Source: a virus
IMG/VR virus record: IMGVR_UViG_3300029267_002377
Span: 44,854 to 108,853 of that record
Length of the DNA: 64,000 bases
Direction: 5' to 3' (one strand)
The position numbers were made by a program, and so were the translations under genes. The notes under the pieces were generated by a model. That model ran no database searches and was not told the DNA's origin. It saw nothing but the letters and a program-made list of their open reading frames with translations. Of this stretch, positions 56,442 to 64,000 are shown piece by piece. Position 1 is the stretch's first letter; each line of letters begins with the position of its first letter.

Positions 56442-56824
56442 GTTATGCTTATGTTGTCGCAGATATTTTACATATTGGCCACTTACTCCATCTGGAGAAT
56501 TGTAGATCTTTTTGTGATAAACTTGTAGTTGGGGTATTAACTGATGAGGCAGCGATGGAAAAGAAACCGAGGCCCACCATGCCATTTCAAGATCGACTTA
56601 GATTGGTTAGTGCTCTGCAATGTGTAGACATGGCTGTAGCTCAGAAAAAGTACATACCCCTCGACAATTTGCTCGAGATCAAACCAGATATATTATTTGA
56701 GTCTACAGACCACGAGGTAAGACAGTATCCAGAGTTCAGCGGTAGAGTTATAGTTGTACCGCGATACCCCCATCCGTTAAAATCTAGCACAGAAATCAAA
56801 GAAAAGATTAGGAGAGCCCAATGA
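56432..56824 (+). CDS. cytidylyltransferase (HxGH family)
   Basis: ADILHIGH, VGVLTD, SSTEIK. Confidence 0.9.
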   Translation: MQVGYAYVVADILHIGHLLHLENCRSFCDKLVVGVLTDEAAMEKKPRPTMPFQDRLRLVSALQCVDMAVAQKKYIPLDNLLEIKPDILFESTDHEVRQYPEFSGRVIVVPRYPHPLKSSTEIKEKIRRAQ

Positions 56825-57174
56825 CAAAAACACAAATTGTAGATACTATCTGGTGGGTTCTGATTGCCTACACTACCTTCATACGCATGAAATACGTATG
56901 GCTGGGTACTAAAGTTCGTAGACGCAGGTCCTGTCAAGATGTTTCTACTAAGGCTATTTTGCATACCCATATTGAATATTGGATTATGTTTGCTCACAAC
57001 CTTAACATTGCCGACACCAAAGACCAGTGCTTCTGGGCGTTTGGTATTTTTACCACTGCGTTTACCGCTGTTATGCTTTGGAAGTACAGGGAGGACAGAT
57101 CCAACAACGTGCTCCAATGGCTCTGGAAGGGGTTACGAGGTCGTCTAAAAGATGAGGGCGGGTTACTCTGGTGA
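56821..57174 (+). CDS. PQ-loop/SemiSWEET-like small membrane protein
   Basis: Three TM segments, RRRSCQDVS loop. Confidence 0.5.
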   Translation: MTKTQIVDTIWWVLIAYTTFIRMKYVWLGTKVRRRRSCQDVSTKAILHTHIEYWIMFAHNLNIADTKDQCFWAFGIFTTAFTAVMLWKYREDRSNNVLQWLWKGLRGRLKDEGGLLW

Positions 57175-57593
57175 TAGTGGTTTACACGAACGGTTGTTGG
57201 GATCTTTTTCACGTTGGTCATTTGCGGTTGCTAGAGAGAGCCAAACTCGAAGGCGATTTCTTGATCGTGGGAGTAAACACAGACGAGTGGATGCTGAAGT
57301 TTAAACACGTTCCTACTATACCTTGGGAACAGCGAGCTGAGATAATTGGATCGCTTAAGTGTGTCGACCGTGTTGTTCCTCACTCTGGTATTCCGACCTT
57401 CGAGACTTTACAAGAGTATGGGGTGGACAAAATTATCATTGGATCCACGTGGTACGATTCAAGTTGTGGGACAGTAAAGTGCTTTGAGCATCTAATAGAG
57501 AGGGGGATCGAGTTCGGAATACTAGAAGCTACACCTAATGTATCCACGTCACAAATAAGAGAAACAATAAGAAAAGGAGATAAAGATGCTTAA
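57171..57593 (+). CDS. TagD-like cytidylyltransferase
   Basis: GCWDLFHVGH, VGVNTD, STSQIR. Confidence 0.9.
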   Translation: MIVVYTNGCWDLFHVGHLRLLERAKLEGDFLIVGVNTDEWMLKFKHVPTIPWEQRAEIIGSLKCVDRVVPHSGIPTFETLQEYGVDKIIIGSTWYDSSCGTVKCFEHLIERGIEFGILEATPNVSTSQIRETIRKGDKDA

Positions 57594-58428
57594 AAGATTA
57601 AGCGTGTTACTACTGTTGGTTGTTGTTCTTGTTGGCTGTGTGGGGCAAGAAACCGGTGCTGTGACTATGGCGGTTATTCCACTGGAGGATGCTGACACCT
57701 GCAAAGTGATTTACGCGCCGTTTGCAGAGTATATGACTGAGTGCCTAGACAGACCGTTTGAGATTAAAACGGTCTCCGACTATACTGCTACGATTGAGGC
57801 AATGAAGTATGGGCATGCTGAGTTAGGCAGGTTGGGGGCGTACAGCTATGTGCTAGGTGTGGATTCGGGCGCTGAGATTGAGGCTATTGTCTATGCTGTT
57901 GACGCTAAGTCTGGCAGTGATGTCTACTATAGCGTTATCTTTGTTCGCACTGATAGCGGTATTACATATGTCGAGCAGCTAGAAGATAAAACACTATCTT
58001 ATCTAGACCCTGCCTCAACCTCTGGACATCTTATGCCTCGCAAATACTTGGAGAAGAATAACATTACTCCCAAAGATACTATCTTCTCTGGTAGCTATGA
58101 TGCGGCTTTCAACGCGGTCAAGAACGGAACAGTTGATGCTGCTGCTTCGACCAAAGCGCGCGTTGGAATAGCTGAGGAGTTGGGAGTTATCGGAAAAGAT
58201 GAGATGACTATCATTTGGGTATCTGATCCCATTCCCAATCCACCTATCGCTGCAGTGAAATCCATGGATCCGGAGTTGAAAGAGCAGGTAACAGAGTGCT
58301 TAGTCAACATTCCTGGCGAGATGATTGAAGCGTGGAAGTTTGGGTGGAGTGGGCTGGCCAGGTGCTCAGATGAGGAGTTTGATGGTATCCGGAGTGCAGC
58401 GGGCATGGAAATTCCTGAAAGGGACTAA
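57586..58428 (+). CDS. phnD: phosphonate/phosphite ABC transporter substrate-binding lipoprotein
   Basis: LVGC lipobox, DYTATIEAM, YYSVI, DPASTSG, SDPIP. Confidence 0.88.
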   Translation: MLKRLSVLLLLVVVLVGCVGQETGAVTMAVIPLEDADTCKVIYAPFAEYMTECLDRPFEIKTVSDYTATIEAMKYGHAELGRLGAYSYVLGVDSGAEIEAIVYAVDAKSGSDVYYSVIFVRTDSGITYVEQLEDKTLSYLDPASTSGHLMPRKYLEKNNITPKDTIFSGSYDAAFNAVKNGTVDAAASTKARVGIAEELGVIGKDEMTIIWVSDPIPNPPIAAVKSMDPELKEQVTECLVNIPGEMIEAWKFGWSGLARCSDEEFDGIRSAAGMEIPERD

Positions 58429-59179
58429 CGCATATCTTGTAGTTCTGCTAGCGATTTTTCTAGTAAGTGTCTCAGAAACTGTTGTAGATTTACCCAAAGT
58501 TGTTAGTGGACTTCCATTTGCTGTAGATTATGCGTTAGGGATGTTTCCCCCAGAATGGAGCATCCTGCCAGAGTTGTGGCTTCCTCTGTTGGAGACAGTA
58601 CAAATGGCGGTGTCTGGGATTACTTTAGCAACTATGGTGGCCCTACCTTTGTCTTTTTTGGCTGCCAAAGAAACTACAGTATCTCCTCCATGCTATTACA
58701 CAGTTAGGCTTGTCGCCGATATTCTACGATCTGTTCCCGTTCTAGTGTGGGCGCTTCTTTTCGTGTGCGCGACAGGGTTAGGACCCCTGGCGGGGGTTTT
58801 GGCTATGTCTCTCCACTGCTCAGGAGCCTTAACAAAACATTTCTCGGAAACAATCGAGACAATGTCCACACACGCAAAAGAGATCTTGGAAGCAATGAGA
58901 GTAGATGGGGCAAACGAAGTGCAGGTGCTGTTTTACGGAATGCTGCCCCTTGTCCTCCCGCTGTTTATAAGTCGCATTCTGTACTACCTAGAATCCAACA
59001 TACGAGACGCTGCTATTATGGGCATGGTGGGTGCTGGCGGTCTTGGATTGAAGTTAATCGAAACAACCCGGCTATTTAGGAAACAGGAAACCCTCACGAT
59101 TATCATTGTGATACTAGTCGTGGTTGTAGCCGTAGACTTGGGTAGCAGGTACGTGCGGAAGGGACTGGTGCAGGGATAA
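58325..59179 (+). CDS. phnE: phosphonate ABC transporter permease (start uncertain)
   Basis: MFPP, ETVQMA, LRSVP..WALLFV..GLGP, ESNIR..GMVGAGGLG. Confidence 0.9.
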   Translation: MKRGSLGGVGWPGAQMRSLMVSGVQRAWKFLKGTNAYLVVLLAIFLVSVSETVVDLPKVVSGLPFAVDYALGMFPPEWSILPELWLPLLETVQMAVSGITLATMVALPLSFLAAKETTVSPPCYYTVRLVADILRSVPVLVWALLFVCATGLGPLAGVLAMSLHCSGALTKHFSETIETMSTHAKEILEAMRVDGANEVQVLFYGMLPLVLPLFISRILYYLESNIRDAAIMGMVGAGGLGLKLIETTRLFRKQETLTIIIVILVVVVAVDLGSRYVRKGLVQG

Positions 59180-59880
59180 TGTTATCTGAAAGATACGGGC
59201 CACCGTTTGAGACTAACCCAGAGCTTCCTCAGCAACTACTGAATGCGTTTATGGAAGATGATCCCACACACCAAGGTGTCAAAGTGCTAATGGCAGTACA
59301 AGATCGCTTCCGTCTTTGGTATGTGGTTTGCAAAATGTTAAACGCTCTTCCAACTCCTAAGGTATTTGTAGATATTGGTACATGGGAGGGCGGGTCTGCT
59401 TTGCTCATGTATTCCGCCATGAAGCGAACGTTCGGTGACAACTTTCGAGGGTACACAATTGACCCCGCTCCGCAATTCGTTCCTTTTGATAGAGTCTACT
59501 CTAGAATACAAGATCGAGTTGCGCATGTCAGTATGCCCTCACATGAAGCTGCTAAGCGAGTGCGGGGGGAGCAGGAGGGGTTGGATTTAGTATTTGTAGA
59601 TGGAGGACACTCCTACGAATGTGTGAAGCAAGATATACTGGATTACTACCCAATGCTACGGAAGGGTGGAGTTATTGTGTTTCATGACTGGGTGCTGCCC
59701 AGTGTAAAGCTTAATAAACCTGTCAGTTCGGGAGTATACTCAGCCTGTACGGAAATTATGGAAAATACACACTACTGCGAACCAATGGACATACCACTAT
59801 TGTCCGAATCATGGCAAAAACCTCCTGGCTATAACATTGTAGACGTTCCAACACTACTTCGAGGTTACAGGAAGCCATGA
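59179..59880 (+). CDS. Methyltransf_24-like SAM methyltransferase
   Basis: DIGTWEGGS, FVDGGHSYE, GGVIVFHD. Confidence 0.88.
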   Translation: MLSERYGPPFETNPELPQQLLNAFMEDDPTHQGVKVLMAVQDRFRLWYVVCKMLNALPTPKVFVDIGTWEGGSALLMYSAMKRTFGDNFRGYTIDPAPQFVPFDRVYSRIQDRVAHVSMPSHEAAKRVRGEQEGLDLVFVDGGHSYECVKQDILDYYPMLRKGGVIVFHDWVLPSVKLNKPVSSGVYSACTEIMENTHYCEPMDIPLLSESWQKPPGYNIVDVPTLLRGYRKP

Positions 59881-60911
59881 CTAAAGTCTTGCATTTTACA
59901 CAAAGCTCAGGTTTGGGGGGTGTAACAGACTTATCCTTAGATCTCATTAAATACTCTAAAGATTTTCAATTTGTAGTTGCTAACTACCACAACGATGATA
60001 GAACAGAAGTTGAGTTTAGAGAATTAGGAGTTGAGTATCACAAAGAAGTCTCCTTTGATGAGTTAAGGGAGATTATCAAAACTGTTGACATTGTACACGC
60101 CCAACCTGGTGCGAATGCAAAATGTGATAGTTTAGACACAGCACTCAGTTTAGGAGTTCCAGCCATTGCTACTGTAGGAACCGCAGGACCCATACACCGT
60201 GATTACGAGGGTTTAGTAGCTGTTGTGGCAGGAAGCCAATCATTGCTTAGTAAACAGCCAGTCGGTGCAAAACTTATATATCATGGAGTAGATATAGATC
60301 GCTTGCAGTGTGCAGACAGAAGGGCAGCCAAAAAGCACTGGGGGTTAAACCCAAACCAGTTCGTAGTCGGTTGGATGGGAAGGTACATCGCTTTCAAATG
60401 CCCGGGGACTACTATTGGGATCGCGAAGCGGGTTCAGGAAGTAGACTCAAACATCCAGTTTATCATGTTCGGCGATAAAGATGGCTATGAACCCGCGAAA
60501 GAGTTGGCCAAGGAACTCGGAGCTGAGGTGGTGTTTGCTGGGGGTACACGAGAAAAGGATCTAGCCTACGGAGCAATGGATGTGGGGCTATTTCCAACCT
60601 TTGGAGAAGCGTTCGGCCGAGTGGCTGCGGAAATGCTTGGCGCCGAAGTTCCAATGATCTGCTCACATTGTTCAACCAATGTTGAGATTGCTCGGGACTA
60701 TGCAATCTACCTCCCATCTCCAAACTACTGGAACGACAACCACAAAGCAGATTATCATTGCCAAACATGGGCTCATACGATTTTGGCCTTACTGGAGTGT
60801 GAACAACCTAGGTTGGATATGGCTAAAGCAGGAAAACAACGAGCGTTAGATTTATTTGATGCGAGGATAATGGCTAAGAAGTACAACGATCTGTACAGAG
60901 AGTTAGCATGA
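59877..60911 (+). CDS. glycosyltransferase family 4
   Basis: GLGGV, EAFGRVAAE. Confidence 0.88.
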   Translation: MTKVLHFTQSSGLGGVTDLSLDLIKYSKDFQFVVANYHNDDRTEVEFRELGVEYHKEVSFDELREIIKTVDIVHAQPGANAKCDSLDTALSLGVPAIATVGTAGPIHRDYEGLVAVVAGSQSLLSKQPVGAKLIYHGVDIDRLQCADRRAAKKHWGLNPNQFVVGWMGRYIAFKCPGTTIGIAKRVQEVDSNIQFIMFGDKDGYEPAKELAKELGAEVVFAGGTREKDLAYGAMDVGLFPTFGEAFGRVAAEMLGAEVPMICSHCSTNVEIARDYAIYLPSPNYWNDNHKADYHCQTWAHTILALLECEQPRLDMAKAGKQRALDLFDARIMAKKYNDLYRELA

Positions 60912-61987
60912 TAACTATTCTACAATACCTCCAAGGCTCCGGATTGGGCGGGCCTACGGATCACGTTCTCGATATTATCAAATACTCTGATAGAAGCAAT
61001 ATCCAGTTTGTCTATGCCGATAAGCACCACGACGAGAGGACAGACGCTGAGTTCGAGGCACTGGGAGTTCCTCACATCGTTGTAAGTAATGAGAAAGAAG
61101 ACATAAAAAAGATATTTCGATCTTTTCATGTTGACGTTGTCCACGGGCACCCAGGAGCAAACACTGGCTGTGCAGCCATAGATGCTGGGTTAGAAAAAGG
61201 TATCCCTTGTGTGGCAACTATTGCTACAAGAGGACCTGTGCATTGGGACTACCGTAACGAAGTGTGGGTGGTTTCGCCTTGCCAGATGCAGGCCGACTAT
61301 CACCATAATATCCCCGAGGATAGGCATAGACTCATCTACTACAGTGTAGACGTGGATCGGCTCCAGTGCAGTGATAAACGAGCAGCAAAGGAGCACTGGG
61401 GGTTGGATCCTGACAAACCTGTCGTCGGGTGGATTGGTAGGTTTATTGTTTGGAAGGGGCCGGGAGCGTTTATCGGCATAGCAAAATACACTCAGGAAGT
61501 CAATCCAGAGGTCCAATTCATTATGTTTGGGGATAAAGACGGTTACGAGCCCGCCAAAGACTTGGCAAAAGAGATCGGGGCGAATGTCCTGCTTCCTGGA
61601 GGCATTCGGAGAAAAGATCTGGCCTACGGAGCTATGGACATCGGTTGCTTCCTTACCTGGGGATTCTTTGAAGGATTTGGCCGAGTTGGTGCTGAGATCA
61701 TGGGAGCAGGGGTGCCTATGATTGGGTCTCTATGTGCAACCAACCTTGAGCTGGGCGGGCCTTACGCTATTTATTTGGTTCCTCCTCAGTATTGGGAAGA
61801 CCGATGGGATGCGGAGTATCATGGAAAGATGTGGGCGTATACTATTTTGGCTTTGTTGGAAAACAATCCACTTAGAGAGTATATGGGCGAGAAGGGGCAG
61901 GCACGAGTTCGGGAGCTATTTGATGCTCGAGTAATGGCACAAAAGTATAACAAACTCTATGGAGAGATTATGGATGGAACAAATTGA
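60908..61987 (+). CDS. glycosyltransferase family 4 (paralog)
   Basis: GLGGP, EGFGRVGAE. Confidence 0.88.
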   Translation: MITILQYLQGSGLGGPTDHVLDIIKYSDRSNIQFVYADKHHDERTDAEFEALGVPHIVVSNEKEDIKKIFRSFHVDVVHGHPGANTGCAAIDAGLEKGIPCVATIATRGPVHWDYRNEVWVVSPCQMQADYHHNIPEDRHRLIYYSVDVDRLQCSDKRAAKEHWGLDPDKPVVGWIGRFIVWKGPGAFIGIAKYTQEVNPEVQFIMFGDKDGYEPAKDLAKEIGANVLLPGGIRRKDLAYGAMDIGCFLTWGFFEGFGRVGAEIMGAGVPMIGSLCATNLELGGPYAIYLVPPQYWEDRWDAEYHGKMWAYTILALLENNPLREYMGEKGQARVRELFDARVMAQKYNKLYGEIMDGTN

Positions 61988-63023
61988 GGAACGAGAATCA
62001 CTTATTATCAAAAAGTTCGACGAAGACGAACGCAAGGCCAAGGTTCTAACCCCTCTTGTTTGCATGGGAGAGATCATCCCCTGGTTTCCTGCTGTTTACT
62101 TTACTGAACTCCAAGATGCGATTATCAACGACAAACGCCTTGTCATAGTAACTCCCACCCGCTACGAGCCCCTCGTAGAGCGGTTCCCTTGTTCCTGGCG
62201 GATTCTCATTAAAGACCACTACCACCTCAGCATGATAGCACACCGCCACGCACGGCTAAACGATGACTGGCGGCGGTACCCAAGGCCAGAGAACTGGTCA
62301 GAATGTGCCCAAATTCTTATTAGAGAACTCAAACCACTATTGGGAGATATCGCCTGGGGCATGACTGTTGGTGTGTTTATGACCGACATCCACACCTACT
62401 CCCCCGCCCTCCCTACTCTCTGTGGCCATTGGGCGGTGAACCACTTTCAGACAAAAGTCAACCCCACGAATGCCGTAAACTGGTTGGCTTTTACTCCTTC
62501 AGAAAGTGTTCTCCAGTCATTCCCTTATGACTGGGGGCAACACCAACGACCCTTTGTAGCTATTCACACTCATGCTGGGACGCAAGATCGCCAAAAGGCT
62601 TGGCCGTATTGGAACGCTTTCCTTGAGATTATGGAAGAAGAATTCGAGGGGACTGTTTTCCGCTTAGGGGGTATGGATGACCTAGAGGTAAAACTGGAGC
62701 CTCAGAAGAACTTTGTAGATTTGGGGTGGACTCACAACTCGGTCGCTCCCCTGATTAGTCAAATGGCACAGATGGACTATTTTCTGGGGGCAGTTGGGGG
62801 TATGATGTACTTAGCGTTGTCTCAAAGAGTCCCAACCATAGCCTTCTTCGATCAGCATACACGAGAGGCTTATAGCGATTCTCATATCAACTACGACGGC
62901 ACTGAGTTAATGCGGGGCTGGGGAGTATTTGACCTAGATTATTTTCTGGGGGATAATTTTAGTGACTTTAGTCCTGAGAAAATTTTCAAAAAGTTTTGCG
63001 CGCTAAAGGAGAAATACAGTTGA
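61959..63023 (+). CDS. GT9-like (heptosyltransferase-like) glycosyltransferase
   Basis: MGE, VAIHTHAG..KAWP, DYFLG..GG.MYLA..VPTI. Confidence 0.7.
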   Translation: MERLWMEQIEERESLIIKKFDEDERKAKVLTPLVCMGEIIPWFPAVYFTELQDAIINDKRLVIVTPTRYEPLVERFPCSWRILIKDHYHLSMIAHRHARLNDDWRRYPRPENWSECAQILIRELKPLLGDIAWGMTVGVFMTDIHTYSPALPTLCGHWAVNHFQTKVNPTNAVNWLAFTPSESVLQSFPYDWGQHQRPFVAIHTHAGTQDRQKAWPYWNAFLEIMEEEFEGTVFRLGGMDDLEVKLEPQKNFVDLGWTHNSVAPLISQMAQMDYFLGAVGGMMYLALSQRVPTIAFFDQHTREAYSDSHINYDGTELMRGWGVFDLDYFLGDNFSDFSPEKIFKKFCALKEKYS

Positions 63024-63754
63024 TTCCGTATTCAATCATGGTCGTCTGCTTTAACCTGTGGGATAGTTTAACAGAACCGTTTCTACGAACTTTCTTTGAG
63101 CACATTGGGGCAGATTTTCAATATGAGTTTTGGTTTGTGGACAATGGGTCTATTGATGGCACACAGGAGAAAGCTCAGGAGCTAATCCCTAATTTAGTTA
63201 CTCAAAATTGTGTAGGTTTTCAATACCACTTCTGGGATAGCCGAGGTCAGGAAGGGGTTATGCCCAAAGCACGAAACACAGTGTATCCGCTAACTGTGGG
63301 TGAAAGGGTGATACTATTTAACAACGATATTCTGTTCCACAAGACAGGATGGCTAAATATCTTAGACGCGGCAATGACCCCAGATGTAGGTATGGCTGGG
63401 CAAGATTGGATGCAAGAGACCTGTGTTCCGTTCATAGGTGGTGGCTGGGATTGCATACCGAGAAGAGTTCACGACGAAATTATTAAGAGCAGAGGATATT
63501 TTTCAGATGAGCAATTCTCTTTGGTAGCCGATGATGTAGACCTAAGTGGAATGGTCCAGAAATTGAGATATAAAATTGAGCGCATACCAGAACTAAAAAA
63601 TACTTACATCGAGCACTTGCTACATAAAACTATGGATGCTTTCATCTCTATCCCGGAACAAACTCAGAGAGCAGCGAAGGACCGGGCACTGATAAAGAGG
63701 CGGTGCCAAACAGGATATTATGAAAATACAGATCCCAGTAGCAGCTTACATTAG
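62996..63754 (+). CDS. glycosyltransferase family 2
   Basis: VDNGSIDGT, ARN, FNNDI, DDVDL. Confidence 0.88.
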   Translation: MRAKGEIQLIPYSIMVVCFNLWDSLTEPFLRTFFEHIGADFQYEFWFVDNGSIDGTQEKAQELIPNLVTQNCVGFQYHFWDSRGQEGVMPKARNTVYPLTVGERVILFNNDILFHKTGWLNILDAAMTPDVGMAGQDWMQETCVPFIGGGWDCIPRRVHDEIIKSRGYFSDEQFSLVADDVDLSGMVQKLRYKIERIPELKNTYIEHLLHKTMDAFISIPEQTQRAAKDRALIKRRCQTGYYENTDPSSSLH

Positions 63755-64000
63755 ATATAACCCAGCAACATACCTCGAGAAGGCGCTAAGAGAACTGGGG
63801 CACAACGCTTTTATCACTCAAGGTCAAGTTCCTGAAGATGACCCTTCCGTCGACCTATACTTGTGTGTAGACAGCGGCGGCCCTTTGGTTGTACAGGATA
63901 GTTGGGCGTCCAGATGCGCTTTTTGGTTTATTGACTCAAGGAGAAACTGCAATCCTGATGTTAGGCAACCAGATGATGATTCCCAGGCTGAAAAGATTTT
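63720..64000 (+). CDS. probable glycosyltransferase, truncated by the window end
   Basis: YLEKALRELGH, DLYLCVDSG, AFWFIDS. Confidence 0.55.
   Translation, partial: MKIQIPVAAYIRYNPATYLEKALRELGHNAFITQGQVPEDDPSVDLYLCVDSGGPLVVQDSWASRCAFWFIDSRRNCNPDVRQPDDDSQAEKI

Noticed and set aside
742-63456. Many short antisense or nested ORFs in the track (e.g. 15527-16285, 18697-19224, 24145-24660, 56641-57117)
   Set aside because: They overlap motif-supported genes and lack an RBS or recognisable motifs; treated as shadow ORFs.
1-64000. Genome-wide reassignment of TGA (or TAG) to a sense codon
   Set aside because: Many well-defined genes end in TGA with ATGA/GTGA overlaps and long genes are intact in code 11; only two site-specific cases stand out.

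Overview
A 64-kb fragment of a tailed dsDNA bacteriophage; consensus sigma70/sigmaA promoters and Shine-Dalgarno sites indicate a bacterial host. All product calls come from motif recognition, not database searches. Layout: (i) replication module (SNF2 helicase-methyltransferase fusion, family A polymerase, sliding clamp, nucleases, thioredoxin; 1-8 kb); (ii) a stretched packaging/head module (TerS, TerL, portal, MuF, prohead protease-scaffold, major capsid protein; 9-32 kb); (iii) a divergent early region driven by two back-to-back consensus promoters, with structured RNAs (32-41 kb); (iv) a >22-kb glycan biosynthesis/modification cluster that also carries phnD/phnE (42-64 kb). Main discovery: six genes in the head module carry seven copies of a ~23-aa tag, GGPGSG(H/N)(W/H)GHxGRKG(K/R)RGGS(A/L)P, each fused to a swappable cargo (2 R-S-E-type ADP-ribosyltransferase-like, 2 PARP-like, 2 HExxH metallopeptidase, 1 unknown domain). 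This looks like a virion-packaged polymorphic effector system. One effector is joined to MuF only by reading through an in-frame UGA that sits at a Cys position (HPNV-UGA-RC) and is followed by a bacterial SECIS-like hairpin. A second small gene has the same UGA+hairpin arrangement, suggesting phage selenoproteins. Other points: a 242-nt ORF-less group I intron in the capsid gene beside a free-standing HNH gene, two tRNA-like RNAs without normal anticodon arms, a ~340-nt structured early RNA, a candidate anti-Shine-Dalgarno sRNA, and a 14-bp palindrome present five times.
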